DNA of 64,000 bases, from the NCBI GenBank assembly GCA_002633005.1, contig NMRA01000207.1:201484-265483 (forward strand), read 5' to 3'. A model generated the notes under the pieces. That model did not search any database. It saw only the letters and a list, made by a program, of their open reading frames with translations, and was not told the origin of the DNA. Origin of the DNA: Phoronis australis. Lineage: Eukaryota; Animalia; Phoronida. Position numbers and translations under genes: made by a program. Position 1 is the first letter of the stretch. Each line of letters starts with the position of its first letter. This document shows, in pieces, positions 51,490-64,000 of the stretch.

Positions 51490-52036
51490 CGCTTATCACT
51501 TTATAAATGGTGCGTTTTTCTTAATTGGACAGAACATAAAATATCGGGCCTGGTTTCCTTTGTGTTAACGGATACCCGGGCTCAGTTTTTGTGGATCTAA
51601 GTTCAGAAATTAAAAAAGCACTTAAATGCCATGCCCCAGTTTTCTGCACTCGCATCCTGTTATAGACGTTTCGCCCAAACATTGACTATGTTTAATGCCG
51701 TATTCGTAATCATTCACCCTTTTTCAAAACAATGTGTTAAAAATCATTTCCTCTATTCAAAACGCTCATCCAGTACACCAAAGTGATCAGTCAATTGAAA
51801 TTAAGTAACTACACGGTTACCTTCTAAAACGTTACATTTTTATGCGCCCACATATTTATATGTGATCGAATATTGCCGATCATCTGTGTCTGGGCGACCG
51901 GCTTTTGTCTTCCGGCGTCTGAAGTCCGGCATCCACAGCTGTGTCTCCAGGCCCTGACAGGAACTTGAAGAAGGTGGCGACGGATGACGACGAATTTCGG
52001 ACCTCTCCGACGACTGTGCCCCATAGTGAAAATAAG

Positions 52037-53250
52037 TTTTTTATGCTTACCTCTTATCTTCGGAGGTCCAATGGATTTTCATAAAATTTGGCAGTTGGGC
52101 ATCTATTAGTGAGATGATGCTATCATCCCGTTTTCAGAGGACTCGATGTACTTTGGCGCCACCTAGTGGCCATTTTTACTGTTTTCGAGTCTGTTTTCAT
52201 GTTGTCCGCCCTTCTATCAACCAAACTTCTCTAGGGATGACTTTGAAAATTGGAGGCGATGGTTTTCCCATGACTTTGACTTCTGTGGCGCCTCCTATAG
52301 TAGCACTGTCTTTGCTCGTTTTGCGCCCATGGCTCAGTGTGTCCACGCTCTACTTTGCAGGTGTAGTTTATATGAACTTGACAACACAGAACGACAAAAT
52401 CCGACGGATCGGACTACCGGTGTTCCCCCTAGTGGCAATTTTATTGTTCTACGTTTACCTCTGTATATTCAAAGGTCCTCAACGGATTTTCATAAAATTT
52501 AGCACTACCGGGCATCTATCAGAGAGGTGACGCTATCCTCTGGTGAATTCAAGGTATTTTGCGCCACCTAGTGGCCTTTTTTACTGTTTTCGAGTTTTTT
52601 GGTTGTCTGCCCCTCTGTCAACCAAACAAGGGTGGTTGTGGAAATTGGCATGTATCCCGTGCAATCCTAATGTGAAGAGCAGGGCTAACGATGATTTTCC
52701 GACGATCTCGACTACTGTGGTGCCTCCTATTGGCAGTTTTTTAACGTCCATACATGCCTGTATATCCAAAACCCTCTGTATGAAGTTGACAACGAACGAC
52801 GACGACATAAAGACGGATCTGACAAACACCGTGCACCCTTGTGGCAGTTTTGTTTTTTCCGGTTTCCTCTGTTTCTCTAAAGCTGCTTCAAAATACACTG
52901 TAGCTTTCTAGTGAAGTGATGCCACGCATTCATGCCAGTTTTCGGATGGGTTCGGCATATTTTGCGCCATCTAGTGGCCATTTATAATGTTTTCTAGTCT
53001 GTTTTTGGCATCCACCCCTCTGTCAACCAAACCAATCTAAGGATGATTCTGAAAATTGGCATATATGTTCTTAGTGTGAAGAGGACGGTTGGCGATGCAG
53101 TTTCCGACTTCATCTACTGTGGCGCCTCCTAGTGGCAGTTGTGTTTTTTGTGCCCATCCCTCCTAGTGACAATTTCATTTTTTCGTTTTCCTTGGTTTCT
53201 CAAAAGTTCACGCTAAAGGGGTAAGCGTGACCTTCGCTTTTAGCGCATTA
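52037..53250 (+). mobile_element. Helentron-associated (HINE/DINE-1-like) non-autonomous element with a central tandem array
   Basis: T-run, subterminal IR ATGCTTACCTCTTA (52043-52056) versus TAAAGGGGTAAGCGT (53214-53228), 3' hairpin CGCT-TTT-AGCG (53235-53245), and an internal repeat of about 405 bp in nearly 3 copies. Confidence 0.7.
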
Positions 53251-54661
53251 CGCGGTAAGAATGTGGCCGGGAAAAAAACACCTCGGCACCAACGGATATG
53301 TCAGCTTTTAAGTTGTTTCCTGCATTGACAAGCAGTAAGAAAACGTTGATTTCTTCAACTTACATCAATATCTTTGCTCTTGCTGAAGTCTGATTGGAAC
53401 GGCCGTCAGTTGTGTATCACAATCAGTCCGCTGGCTCAACGATACTCTGGCGCCAATGAACCGCGGCTCAAATAAAGCCAGCTGAGTCGGGATGCCGCAA
53501 CAGGTCCACGGAAGACAAGTAATAATAATGTTTACATGTAGACCTTGATCTCTTTGATCCCAAAGATCGATTTCCCTTGCATATTACTGAAGCCTGGAAC
53601 TCACAAAAATCTTCATTTACGGCTTAGAAACAATTAAGAAGGGCACAACCGTGAATTTTAGGCCCCCTGATCGGTCTGATTTAGTATGGATAGGGGGCGC
53701 TTCAACCAGCTTTGGTTTAGGCTACTTCAATTATTGCAAAACTGATCACAACTTGTTCCTAAATCGAATAAGAAACGGTTTATGCCGGAATTGATAAAAA
53801 TAACTGTCCATATTTATGTGCTTGAGAGTGCCGGTCGCCCCTGGCGCATTCATGAGATGAATTAGCCACACGGTCACTGTGATAAACTCTAAATTTGTTT
53901 GTTTAAGGAATAACTTGTGTCTAACTTTGTAAGGGTAAGTGACATAAATCGAACGTTACTAGTTTTTTTTTTGTGACAGTTGACTGGTTTTTAGTCATTT
54001 TATACACGATATACCATCTTGTTTACACAATAAACGGAGTTGAGCAGTGAACACTTCAGTCCTGAACTAACTCGTGGTCAGAATTATCGTAACTATCGCC
54101 CTCTATTATTAGCGGAAATGTTGACTTGTACCAATATCGCTCGGGTCAATGAGCTATTTCATTGCACCGCACAGAGTTGGCACAGCTTCAACAGCTGTTG
54201 TACTTGGCTGTCAAAGGTGTAGCATGGACCACGAAAAATGACTACGCGGACGTACACATTATTTTCAAGCCCAGGTTGCCCCCTCAGTGATATGTCCGTC
54301 GCCCATCTTAGTTAAGCTAATCGGGGGTTAGCATGCCTTTGTTTGTTTACATGTTTTCTTCATACTGTTTTACCATTTTTAAACCGCATTAAATCCATGC
54401 TTTCTGCAAAAAAATTGATATAGGCCACCTACCGTTACAACATTGATCTCTACTCAGTGCGTCTAACTCAGTTTTGAGACGTGATGTACGTCTGAGATCA
54501 TACAAAAACTGACAGTTTGTGATTGTGTCTTCAGACTAGTCTCACAACATTTCAGACGACGACTAGTTGACTATGGAACTATTTGTGACTAACTTCATAA
54601 CAATAAGAAGACACATTCAGCACAAAAACACAACACAGATAAAAATCACCGAGTGCGTTAT

Positions 54662-54675
54662 AAAAAAAAAGAAAA
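54662..54675 (-). terminator. Pol III oligo-T terminator of tRNA-Val
   Basis: T4 and T9 runs on the minus strand within about 20 nt of the tRNA 3' end. Confidence 0.75.
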
Positions 54676-54682
54676 TAACACT

Positions 54683-54755
54683 TGTTCCCACCCGGGCTCG
54701 AACCGGGGACCTCTCGCGTGTGAAGCGAGCGTGATGACCACTACACTATGGAAAC
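54683..54755 (-). tRNA. tRNA-Val-CAC: tRNA-Val (anticodon CAC)
   Basis: GTTTCCATAGTGTAGTGGTCATCACGCTCGCTTCACACGCGAGAGGTCCCCGGTTCGAGCCCGGGTGGGAACA: 7-bp acceptor stem, anticodon arm CTCGC-TTCACAC-GCGAG, intact A and B boxes, 73 nt. Confidence 0.96.
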
Positions 54756-57700
54756 TTGCTGGAGAGATATGCCACTTCTTAGGTAAATGTAATTAACTCA
54801 CTGTACTCTTGTAAAGGAATCATAGTGCACAAATATTTTTTTGTTTGAAAGTACGGAATATCAATGTAAGTATATAAAGTCTGTTTTCAACGAAAATTTC
54901 CGTAAACAATACACTGCGACGTTGAGCGGGAGTATTGTAATTAATTATATCCCACAATGCAATTTAATGTGCTTCGAAGAAGAAAAGAAAGATGGCTGCC
55001 AGATTTGTTGGACTTTCTTTGAACGACTGCAGACCGAAAGCTCCAAATTGAAGTCAGAATTTTGTACCCTGTGCTTCATTTTCGCCACATCGCATCATTA
55101 TTCACTCTGTAACTGTGAGGTGGCTCTATACTTTGTGTGTGATCCCTACCTGGAGTTTAATTGTGAATTATTAGACAAAATTTTCCGGTCTGTGGACATA
55201 TTGTTGATTCATTTCGAGGGGACTTTATGCGCTGCCAAACTAACCTGCTTACACTTGTGTTACCTCATCTGATTTTCTGATAGTGTTTCATTGAACATTC
55301 TTGACTTCAGGAAGACTGTTACTGACAAAGCAAATGCGCATTTGAGCGCCGTCAAAGGGACATACTGGAACTGGAGATTCGTCTTCAAACTGGAATAAAA
55401 ATGGCGGCTTAGACAGAATGAATTCTCGGGTGAGCCAAACATTGACCCTTTTTAGTGCGTGTGTTTGGTAAATGATGTGTTAAACCACGTATTATTATTT
55501 CACAATAACTTTGTTAGCTGTGGTATTGTTTTTTATCTTGCTGTGCATTATGTATTTTGCAAAAAATCTGTTTGGTTTATCTCATGTTATTTCTGCCTTT
55601 CCCTTAAAACCACTTGATAACCTCAAAACAGATTGCATTTTTGCTGTAAACTTAAAATTTTAAAAGAAATGGTGTTTGTCTTTCCATCAGTGTTATACTT
55701 TCTGTCTTTGTTTCTCTGCTTTTCCAAATTCTTTGATGGTTCATCTAAATGAAAGCAGACTGTATTGCATTTAAAACTCACCTCACTCTATATTAAAGTA
55801 AGTTGACATGTTTTTCAAAATTTTAGAGTGAAATAATCCTTGGACTGTGCTGATTTTTCTTTTAAAATGTTGTTTGTAGCAGTGACTTTCAAATGACCTT
55901 GAAATTTCTTGATTTTTCAACAGACCCTTTTTCACAAAATGACCATCTTTCACATGAACTCTAACTGAACTTACAGTCGTTTCATGTATTTTCACCATTC
56001 TAGTTAAGTCAAATACTTTTCTTGTCCATATAAATGTTTATTTTCAAGACACCTGACATTGTTGGGTCCAGTGAGAGTTCTATCAGCTACTGATGAAAAA
56101 TGAAAGATACAGTTTTCTTCTAAGCTCTTTTTGTCTTTGAACTTAGCATATTTTAATGAAAATCAGTTTTCATTTTTATATTTGATTTATGATTTTTTCA
56201 TTAATAATGATTGATGTGTTGTGCACAGGTTGTTAGTTTGCCTTATGAGTCCAGATGGTTGCTTATTAATACACAAGTGTTAGTCCGATAATGAGACTCG
56301 AAATAGTTGTTAAGAAATTACTAAGGACAGTGTACCTATCAATTCCTGGAAACAAATTAACTATAAATCCTTGTAAATGTGATCAAGAACGTGAATGTAA
56401 GTTAACTTGTGATATTTTTCTGTTGTTCATCATTTATTGATAGTTTATTCGCTTCAAACACAACTTAGAAGTAGTTGTTTCTTATTCCACAGTTTGATTT
56501 TTACCTGCATATTACCTCCAAAAATTTATAATTTCACAGCATAATTGAAAGTGGACCATTCAAATGTCCCTAGAAATCATTTCTTCTTGTTGTGCTGTGC
56601 TGAGTAACAATGGAATTTCGGGAATCTTTGATGTACCCATTTTTGCTAAACTTGTGAGAAGATCTTGCTCTTTTGCACACCAATCAGATGCATTGTGAAG
56701 TCAGCATGTATTCAACTTCTAGGTTTTTCGTTTGCTTGTCAAGCTACTTATGTTACAAGTTGTTCTAAGTTTCGTATTTTAACAGCATCACTTACGTAAA
56801 AATTTTCTTTTCCGTACTGTTTATATTTTTTATTAAACTTAACATCTTCGCACAGTTATTCCAATCGTTTCTGCAATATGGATTGACAGTAGCTTGGTTG
56901 CAAAACACAACTTGACATATTTGTTCAGTGTCTACTAATAAAAGTGCTGGGATATCATTTGTGATTAATTTTTAATTAATTAGGTTTCTGCACTGTCCTT
57001 TGGGCAAGTCTGTGAAAAGGTAAACCTAGAGACAAAAAATGAAAATTGAGACTGGATTAACATTTCTGTAGTCATCTGAAAGCCCTGTCTCTCTAGTTTC
57101 AAGTCTTACATTTGAATTCCTATAGCTTTCGATTTTTTCTTAAACAGACCCATTTTTGGAGGTCACTTGACCCTAAAAAATATCCTGATTTTTATGTGTT
57201 TTGCTAATTATTGTCATAAATAAGCTAATTATGTGTATTTTACTTTATTATATTTGTGCAATCTCATGAAGCCTAAACGTTCTAAAAATATCATTTGAGC
57301 AGTAGCACATCGTTGACCTCTTGGGTCAAAGGCTGGATATCTGGTGCCGTACGTCCATCACAAAAAAGTGCTTAAATGCAATAGTTACGTTAAAAGTTTT
57401 CAATCAAAATCAATATAATTTCAGATTCTCTTGTAATTTGTTACTCAATACTATTGACCGAAGTTTTAGATCTCAGGGATTATTCGGCAAGTCAGAAATC
57501 GTACAGTAAATTTGTACGTCTGTCACGTATGTCCGTCACACTCATGAAATTGCAGTTTTTCAGGCAATAAAAATAACCTAAGGTCTTATTTTTACTTTCT
57601 AAACTTGCAGAAGATCAAATGTACTTCACACTTAACAACCTTAAAACGATTAAATATTACAAAGATAGCTTTAAAATCAAATTTTGAAGTTGTTACAGAT

Positions 57701-57850
57701 TTAAACTAGATGCATTGGGAACCAGCGAGGTCTGCAGGTGTGCGCAGAGTAAGCGAGCGTGTGCTTGTCATCAGAATTCATTTTCCAAAAGAGCATGCCC
57801 ACACATAATATAGGCCCTAGCGCGCGCTTCATGGCCACATGTTCATTTTA

Positions 57851-58339
57851 CAAGGCTTGGAATTTTCCGCGGAAACGCGGATTTCCGCTTTTTTCAAATG
57901 TTCTGTCCATGCATTTTTTTATATTTCCGCGTAAAAAAAATCGGATTTGATATAAAATTTCCGCGGCAAATTCCTTTCTTACCGCGTCGTTGCTGACGAC
58001 GTTCACCTCGAAAAGCGGAAGTTGCTCTTTATGTTTCGGAGAAACGTAAATTGTCAACATTGCCGGGGCATCTGGGATACCGTGGTGGGATTTTCAAAAT
58101 GGCGTCTCGTGTGATTTTAAACCGCGGCGACAAATACTACAGCTTTGCAGCCAAAAATGTGTGGGGGTGGGAGTGGACGGACGAGCTATAAAGACGCAGA
58201 CTCATGCTACTGATGGTGGTAACGTTTTTTTTTTTAGTCCCGATTTTTGTCGACGAAAGGTTCACACCGACTATTTGGGTAGAGCGCTTTTGGGCCTTAC
58301 AGTTTCCGCATTTTTTGTCATTGGTCATTCCAAGCCCTG
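57851..58339. mobile_element. hAT-like MITE
   Basis: TIR CAAGGCTTGGAAT / ATTCCAAGCCCTG; ATTTTACA on both sides (57845-57852, overlapping the TIR by 2 nt, and 58340-58347); subterminal TTTCCGCG repeats. Confidence 0.55.
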
Positions 58340-58503
58340 ATTTTACACTGATCAAGTTTCATTTCGTAGTTTTTACGTGTACAAAGTAATCTGGATTCCT
58401 GTTGAAGGAGAAGATCTATAAGGGAAATATAGAATACAATCCCCTTGACCAGTACCCTGCGTCTGTTCTTAAAGGCCTGACCATAGTGGGACACGTTCCT
58501 TGC

Positions 58504-59485
58504 TAGGCAATGACCATCGCCTCTGTTGGCCCGAACCAGAGGCGATGCAGCGCCTATAGGCGCTCTGTACGCCGGAAGCTTTTCGGCGAATTATGCCTCG
58601 CACCGACTAAACCATTAAAGTCACGTTGTTATAAATACCTTTTGCGCATAAAGGAACACCTTAGGAGGTTGTCGATGTGTTTAATTCCTTCCAACTCGAA
58701 CAAATACTCCTGTTATGAAAATTTTTCTTCGAGCAGTCCCTATTTCAGTTCCCAAAATCGTGAAATCAACATTTTCATTTTTTTAACCAGGCCGAAGGTC
58801 AGGTGTTGTCCTACCGGCGAACTTTGAAAGCTGAAGTTCCCGCCCTTTGCGTCCGTGCTGCCGGGAACCAGCCGTGCATTTCAGTGTTCTCCACATTATC
58901 AATTCCAAACTCGACGCAAATGTTTAATGTCAGTTATTGACATTGTTTTGTGTCTACCCATAAGCATGGTCATGCTGGAGGTATTTATATATGGTTTAAA
59001 ACTGCACACTGCACTGGTGTGACCTACTTCTTAGACACTTCAAAGTTTAGCTTTCCTACCAATGCATCTCATAATTTCTCCAAAGCATTTGACAGACCAA
59101 GAGCAGCAAACAAAAGATNTTTGACTGACAAGACCGCAATGGCTCACCTTTGGCCTATTTAAAGATTGAGGTCATGAAGTCACATCACCTAGCGAGCGCG
59201 GTAAAAATTGGAGCGTGCGCAGTATAAAAATGGTGATTTCACGATTTTGGGAACTGAAATAGGGACTGCTGGAAGAAAAATTTTCATAACGGGAGTATTT
59301 GTTCGAGTTGGAAGGAACAATCTCCTAAGGTGTTCCTCTATGCGCAAAAGGTATTTATAACAATGTGACTTTGATGGTTTAGTCGGTGCGAGGCATAATT
59401 CGCCGAAAAGCTTCCGGCGTACAGAGCGCCTATAGGAGCTGCATCGCCTCTGGTTCGGGCCAACAGAGGCGATGGTCACTGCCTA
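58504..59485. mobile_element. Non-autonomous long-TIR element with 9-bp TSD (Mutator/MULE-like)
   Basis: Inverted repeats of about 265 bp (58504-58775 and 59227-59485); perfect TSD GTTCCTTGC at 58495-58503 and 59486-59494. Confidence 0.88.
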
Positions 59486-59739
59486 GTTCCTTGCAAGATC
59501 AGCAAAACTTTTACGTTCTTTTTGAAGCACTCTTTAAGTTTGAAGTGTACAGCCATTGCTAAATACCGACATAGCGGCGAGGCTCATGGTCTAGAAGTTC
59601 CACGCACAATGATTTTTCAGGATTGTGGGATATTGCTGATAAATTGAAGACATTACTGCAGAATTTTAGAACTGTAGGTACGCGTTCATGACTGGGCGCT
59701 TATTTTATCGAAGTCTGAAAACGATTGGGGGCGCTTATA

Positions 59740-60107
59740 CAAGGTACCTAAACTACACGGTTAACGGACTGATAAACACGGCCCACGGATGAATGAACAC
59801 GACTCACGGACCTGTAAACACTGTCCACTGACTCACAAACACGGGAACGGACTCACAAAACACAATCCACGCACCCAAATACACGGGACATGGACTTATA
59901 TTCTCGAGGAAACATGGTTAACGGACAAAATGGAGATGTCAGCTGACCCAGGAAGCCGATGAGTCCGTGACCCGTGTTTGGCGGTCCGTTAATCGTGTTT
60001 CCTCGTGAATATGAGTCCGTGTCCCATGTATTTGGGTGCGTGGATCGTGTTTTGTGAGTCTGTTCCCGTGTTTATGAGTCCGTTGACCGTGTAGTTCAGG
60101 TACCTTG
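59740..60107. mobile_element. Foldback-type MITE with modular TIRs and 5-bp TSD
   Basis: Ends CAAGGTACCT...AGGTACCTTG, long arms built from ACACGG/ACGGAC subrepeats; TTATA on both sides. Confidence 0.8.
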
Positions 60108-60549
60108 TTATAGGGGCATGGGCACTTATTAGGACGAATGTTGTGATTTATAAAATAATAATGGCTAAAATGACATTGTACATTTAAGAAATCAGTTCCA
60201 AGAAATCTGATATTTCCCCGGCTGTGAGGACATGGACCGGTATTCCGCCTTTCCCCCCTTTTCTTCGTTTCGGACTAGTCCACAAATTCTTTTGTGCATG
60301 ACCACACACTGTGATCATTTGTCTAGACGAATCGCGTAATGGGTGACATCTACTCGGTAGGATCGCACTGCGCCAATGATTTTTACTGGCAGAGCATCGA
60401 CACGCTGACCAAACTGAACCTTAAATTCATGATAAAAACAGCACAAGAAGGAGAGAGTTTATTCATGTTCACCTGGGAAACAATACAAGACCTAAGGGAA
60501 TACTTGTCAAGATGGTGATGTGTTGGAATATCATGTTATTCCTGCTCTG

Positions 60550-63500
60550 ACCTGATTTACTATGTTTTTTGTTGAAAAAGCCGATGCTGGACATTTTTAA
60601 GAAGTATAAACCTGTGACCTAGTTTATTGAGCTTTTTTGTCACACCTTCACTGATTGTAGTCGCTCTTGTTGTGTAGCATATATTTACGTCATCTCATCT
60701 TATATATTTTTGTCAAAACAAGAACCTTGTTCGCGCAGTCTTTTTTAAGAATCAGACTAATTGTTTCTGCTGAGCTTCGAAGAGATTAAACTGACGTTTA
60801 GAAATGAAAAGGAAAATTGTTGGAAACCATAAGAAGAACCAATGAAAGTGGGAGAAGAATAGTCCAAAAGCCATCATGGATCAAGAAATTTGTAATTGTA
60901 CCTGTGTGAGCTGTGATGTGACATAACCTAACGCCTCTCTTTAAAATTGGAAAGCAGGTGTACGTGAGTTTAAAAGCTGGATGAAAAGCTAATCGTGCCT
61001 TGATCACTAAGTAAACACCAGCATCTTATAAGTGCATTAGTTCCACATAAAATTTAAGATGGTCACCTATCAATTTTTGACATCTATTGATTTCACATGG
61101 AATTTCCCAAGGTATATGTTGAAACCCAAGCTCTCCTAGTAGCAAATAGTGATTTACCTGCCAATGTACAATGGCTAATTATTATATGTCATTAAAGCTA
61201 ATTATGAATAATTCCTCCCAGTCAGAGTGTGGGAACATGTGCGCTAAAATGTCACCAATTTTGGACAAAAATAATTGCCAACATCTTCATGGTCTTCTAA
61301 CAGTGTTGTGAATACTCACAAATTTACTCTTAGACTCTCCATTCAGCATGATTAGCTTACACAAGTGGTTACGTCACCGAAAAGTAAAAACCTGCTTAAT
61401 GGAATATCAGGTTTGTTATTTACGTCGAAACCGAAGGTATGACGTTAAGCAGGTTTCAGTGAATCAAATGTGAATTAACGTGGGACATGTAACGTGAAAT
61501 AACACAGGACATGTGGTTGACAGCGTATGTGACATACGGACAACCTCGACAACGCAATATGCTTTGCAATAGTGAAATTGGGTTGTAATAAATTTTTCGT
61601 CTTCATTTGAATTAAAAAGTAGCGCACTGGAGCATCTTGTTACCGTGTACAATATGAAACATTGAGAAAATTGACCAGACATCTTCGAATGACGCTTGAT
61701 TTCTCAATGAGCTGACGTAATCTATGAATGAGCTCAAAGGCTTGGTATTATTGGGTACATTGATGCAATATTGACAGTTGTTTGTTTCCCGTGGGCCTGT
61801 TTTGATATTGCGGTTCTTTATGGCTACAGTTTCGAAATGACTTTCGACATTGACTTTGCACTTGGACTGCCGTAACAGTATAGATGTGTTAGTCGGAACT
61901 AACCATTGCTTGACGTAGCATTATGTATGAATTTAGAGAATTTCCTTATCAAGAAATTAAAGTTACATTAAGCCTGTGCCTGTGAAAAAGAACCTTTGTT
62001 TTAGTCCACTTACCATTTTATGAACTTGGTCTCAAATTGGTCCTTTGTCAAAATGGGTGGCATTTCTGAGCTTGGAAAGATTCAGACAAAATTTGTTAAG
62101 TTTGAAGTTATGACGTAACCTGAAATTTTATGAGTTTGGTCTGAAGATATTAACGGTCAGTTGTTGTAGAGCTGGGGGTCATTTCTAAACTGAGTAATCA
62201 ACAAGAAAAGACCATTTGTAAAACAATAAGTGGCCGAAATCACAACTTGTTTTTTATCCGAAAGTTGGGGGTTAATGCTGCTTTAAATTTTGCACCGAGT
62301 CACCACTGGCGAGTAGTGAATAATGCTGTCATTTTATCTTGTCGGAGTCTTCTAATAACTAGGCTCGACGTGGCCATAACATTAACTAGCCAAATGCCAC
62401 CTGGCAACGAGATACCTGTTGTGAAAAACGGTAAAGTTGGCAAATGTTCGCCATTGTAGCTGAGATTGTCCACACTGCGTTTTTTTCTTTTTCGTTGACT
62501 GCTAAATTAGGAATATCTGGGTAATGACCCATTCCCCCCCCAGTCTCGAGCCCCATGTCTTGCACAGGCTCAGCTCTTGAGCCAAAAGAATACAATCTGT
62601 ACACGATGCCTTTACATGGTGAATAACTCGTAAATGAGACCTTTCAATTGTTATCTAACGGTTCCGACTTCCTTTAGTACTTTGCGTGCATAGTTGGAGA
62701 TTTGCGTGGTGATTTTGTGGCGACTTGAGATTTCATCGGGATGCTGAGGTTACATTGGCAAAATTGCCAAATTGAGTCCAGAGTAGAAGCTGTTGTATTG
62801 CAGTACTCTGGATGTGGTATAGATCTTTAATACATGAACACTTAGTTGTATTGCAGTACTCTGGATGTGGTATAGATCTTTAATACATGTACACTTAGTT
62901 GTATTGCAGTACTCTGGATGTGATATAGATCTTAATACATGTACACTTAGTTGTATTGCAGTACTCTGGATGTGGCATAGATCTTAATACATGTACACTT
63001 AGAATTCTTATTTTAAGTGTTTCTTTCATGTCTTCCAGTTTGGAATAGCTGGCTTCGGGGACTTCAAAGGGGGCATTTTTGACACCAAGAGCAGTAAGAC
63101 CGAGAAGGAGGATAAAGACCATGGGTCAGATTCTGCCTCAGAGTCTGGGTCCAATGATTCCAGGTTTGTTTCATGAGTAATTTGGTTTGGCCTATTCTTA
63201 TGTTCCAGACTAACTACAGCTAAAATTCTCTAGTTTGGAACATGTATGAAATTTGTGACAACGAAATTCAAGCTGGAAATGAAATTTCCTGATTCTAAGG
63301 ATAGGGACGTGGGCGATGTATTCCTCAAATTTAGGGCACAGCGCTTTGCATTTGAAACTTAGTCTGAAAACAGACTTGGCAGTTCAATAGATCGTTGAAA
63401 GAGGCCACCTATGCACCTAAGTATGTCTTTTCTAGAAATCACTTGCACTTAAATGGTGCAATAAACCTCAGTCTGCTGTCACAAACAACTTTTCATTCAA
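60550..63500 (-). mobile_element. Highly decayed LINE (RTE-like) remnants
   Basis: Weak minus-strand traces of RT motifs (KK..TQCG near 62480, TYLG near 61110); boundaries and clade uncertain. Confidence 0.35.
62792..63002. repeat. 52-53-bp minisatellite, 4 copies
   Basis: Unit GTTGTATTGCAGTACTCTGGATGTGGTATAGATCTT(T)AATACATGTACACTTA. Confidence 0.96.
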
Positions 63501-63676
63501 GCCACTTAGTGTTATGAAACTGCCCTTGGGATGTTCACTAGTCAGATTAAATATGATTTTTATGCTTAAGAACCAACAGTTTGTTACTGCTTCGGACGTG
63601 GTGAATTAAGTTGCTTGTCACCGCAGCTGAGAAGCAGTATAGCTGTTAGAGGAGTTTCCATTTTCCACTTTATGTC

Positions 63677-64000
63677 TTATTACTTGGCGGAATTCTTCGA
63701 ATTCCGACAAGTATGTTGCTCTGTCGTCAAGTTTTTTTTTTTTTTTTTTTTTTTTTCGCACTCTACAGGTCGCAATTTTCGTCCGATTTTCATGAAATTT
63801 GCACACAACATGTAGATCGGAAATCACTGGAACGCTATTGTTTTTGGTCATGATCGGATACAAAATGGCGGACGTGGCGGCCATTTTGTATCCGATTTCA
63901 CAGTCAAATACTCGTAGAGGCCGCATTTTTCGACCTACATGGCTGAAAATCGGTACGAATATACTAGAACGCATGTGCTACAATTGTGCAGAAAATCGTT
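63677..64000 (+). mobile_element. 5' part of a second HINE/DINE-1-like element, cut by the window edge
   Basis: 5' hairpin TACTTGGCGGAATTC-TTC-GAATTCCGACAAGTA, poly-T, CCGATTTTCATGAAATTTG, palindrome CGGATACAAAATGGC...GCCATTTTGTATCCG. Confidence 0.65.

Noticed and set aside
52114-52911. ORFs of 105-138 aa with repeated APPSG
   Set aside because: Translations of the tandem CTCF-motif repeat with no coding signature
58510-59479. Two convergent near-identical ORFs (MTIASVGPNQRR...) as a gene pair
   Set aside because: They are translations of the two TIRs of one transposon; an indel between the arms shifts the frame
62792-63002. CRISPR-like array
   Set aside because: Plain tandem repeat without spacers
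1-64000. A novel prokaryote-style multi-gene system (defence island, operon, retron)
   Set aside because: The window is spliced animal DNA; the RT and nuclease fragments are ordinary decayed LINE and Penelope copies, and most short ORFs in the track are chance frames

Overview
AT-rich animal (probably invertebrate) genomic DNA, not prokaryotic: it has GT-AG introns, a eukaryotic tRNA and dense decayed transposons. Main gene: a 13-coding-exon LIV-1 family zinc transporter (ZIP4/ZIP12-like, SLC39A; + strand, 22651-50601, 692 aa by hand splicing with all intron phases consistent). Also present are a single-coding-exon sulfotransferase-fold gene (8508-9782, +), an orphan ORF pair that fuses to 339 aa if one homopolymer base is removed and carries AKAP-like helices (3925-4945, -), and tRNA-Val(CAC) (54683-54755, -). 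The rest is LINE, Penelope and Academ fragments and several MITE or Helentron-associated families, some with clear target-site duplications. I see no convincing new multi-gene system. The best leads are a Helentron-type repeat carrying a co-oriented CTCF-motif array between the ZIP gene and the tRNA, TACATGTA-linked minisatellites inside LINEs, the CRE-flanked AKAP-like orphan, and a triplicated ZIP ectodomain with a furin-type site. All family assignments come from reading motifs by eye, without database searches.
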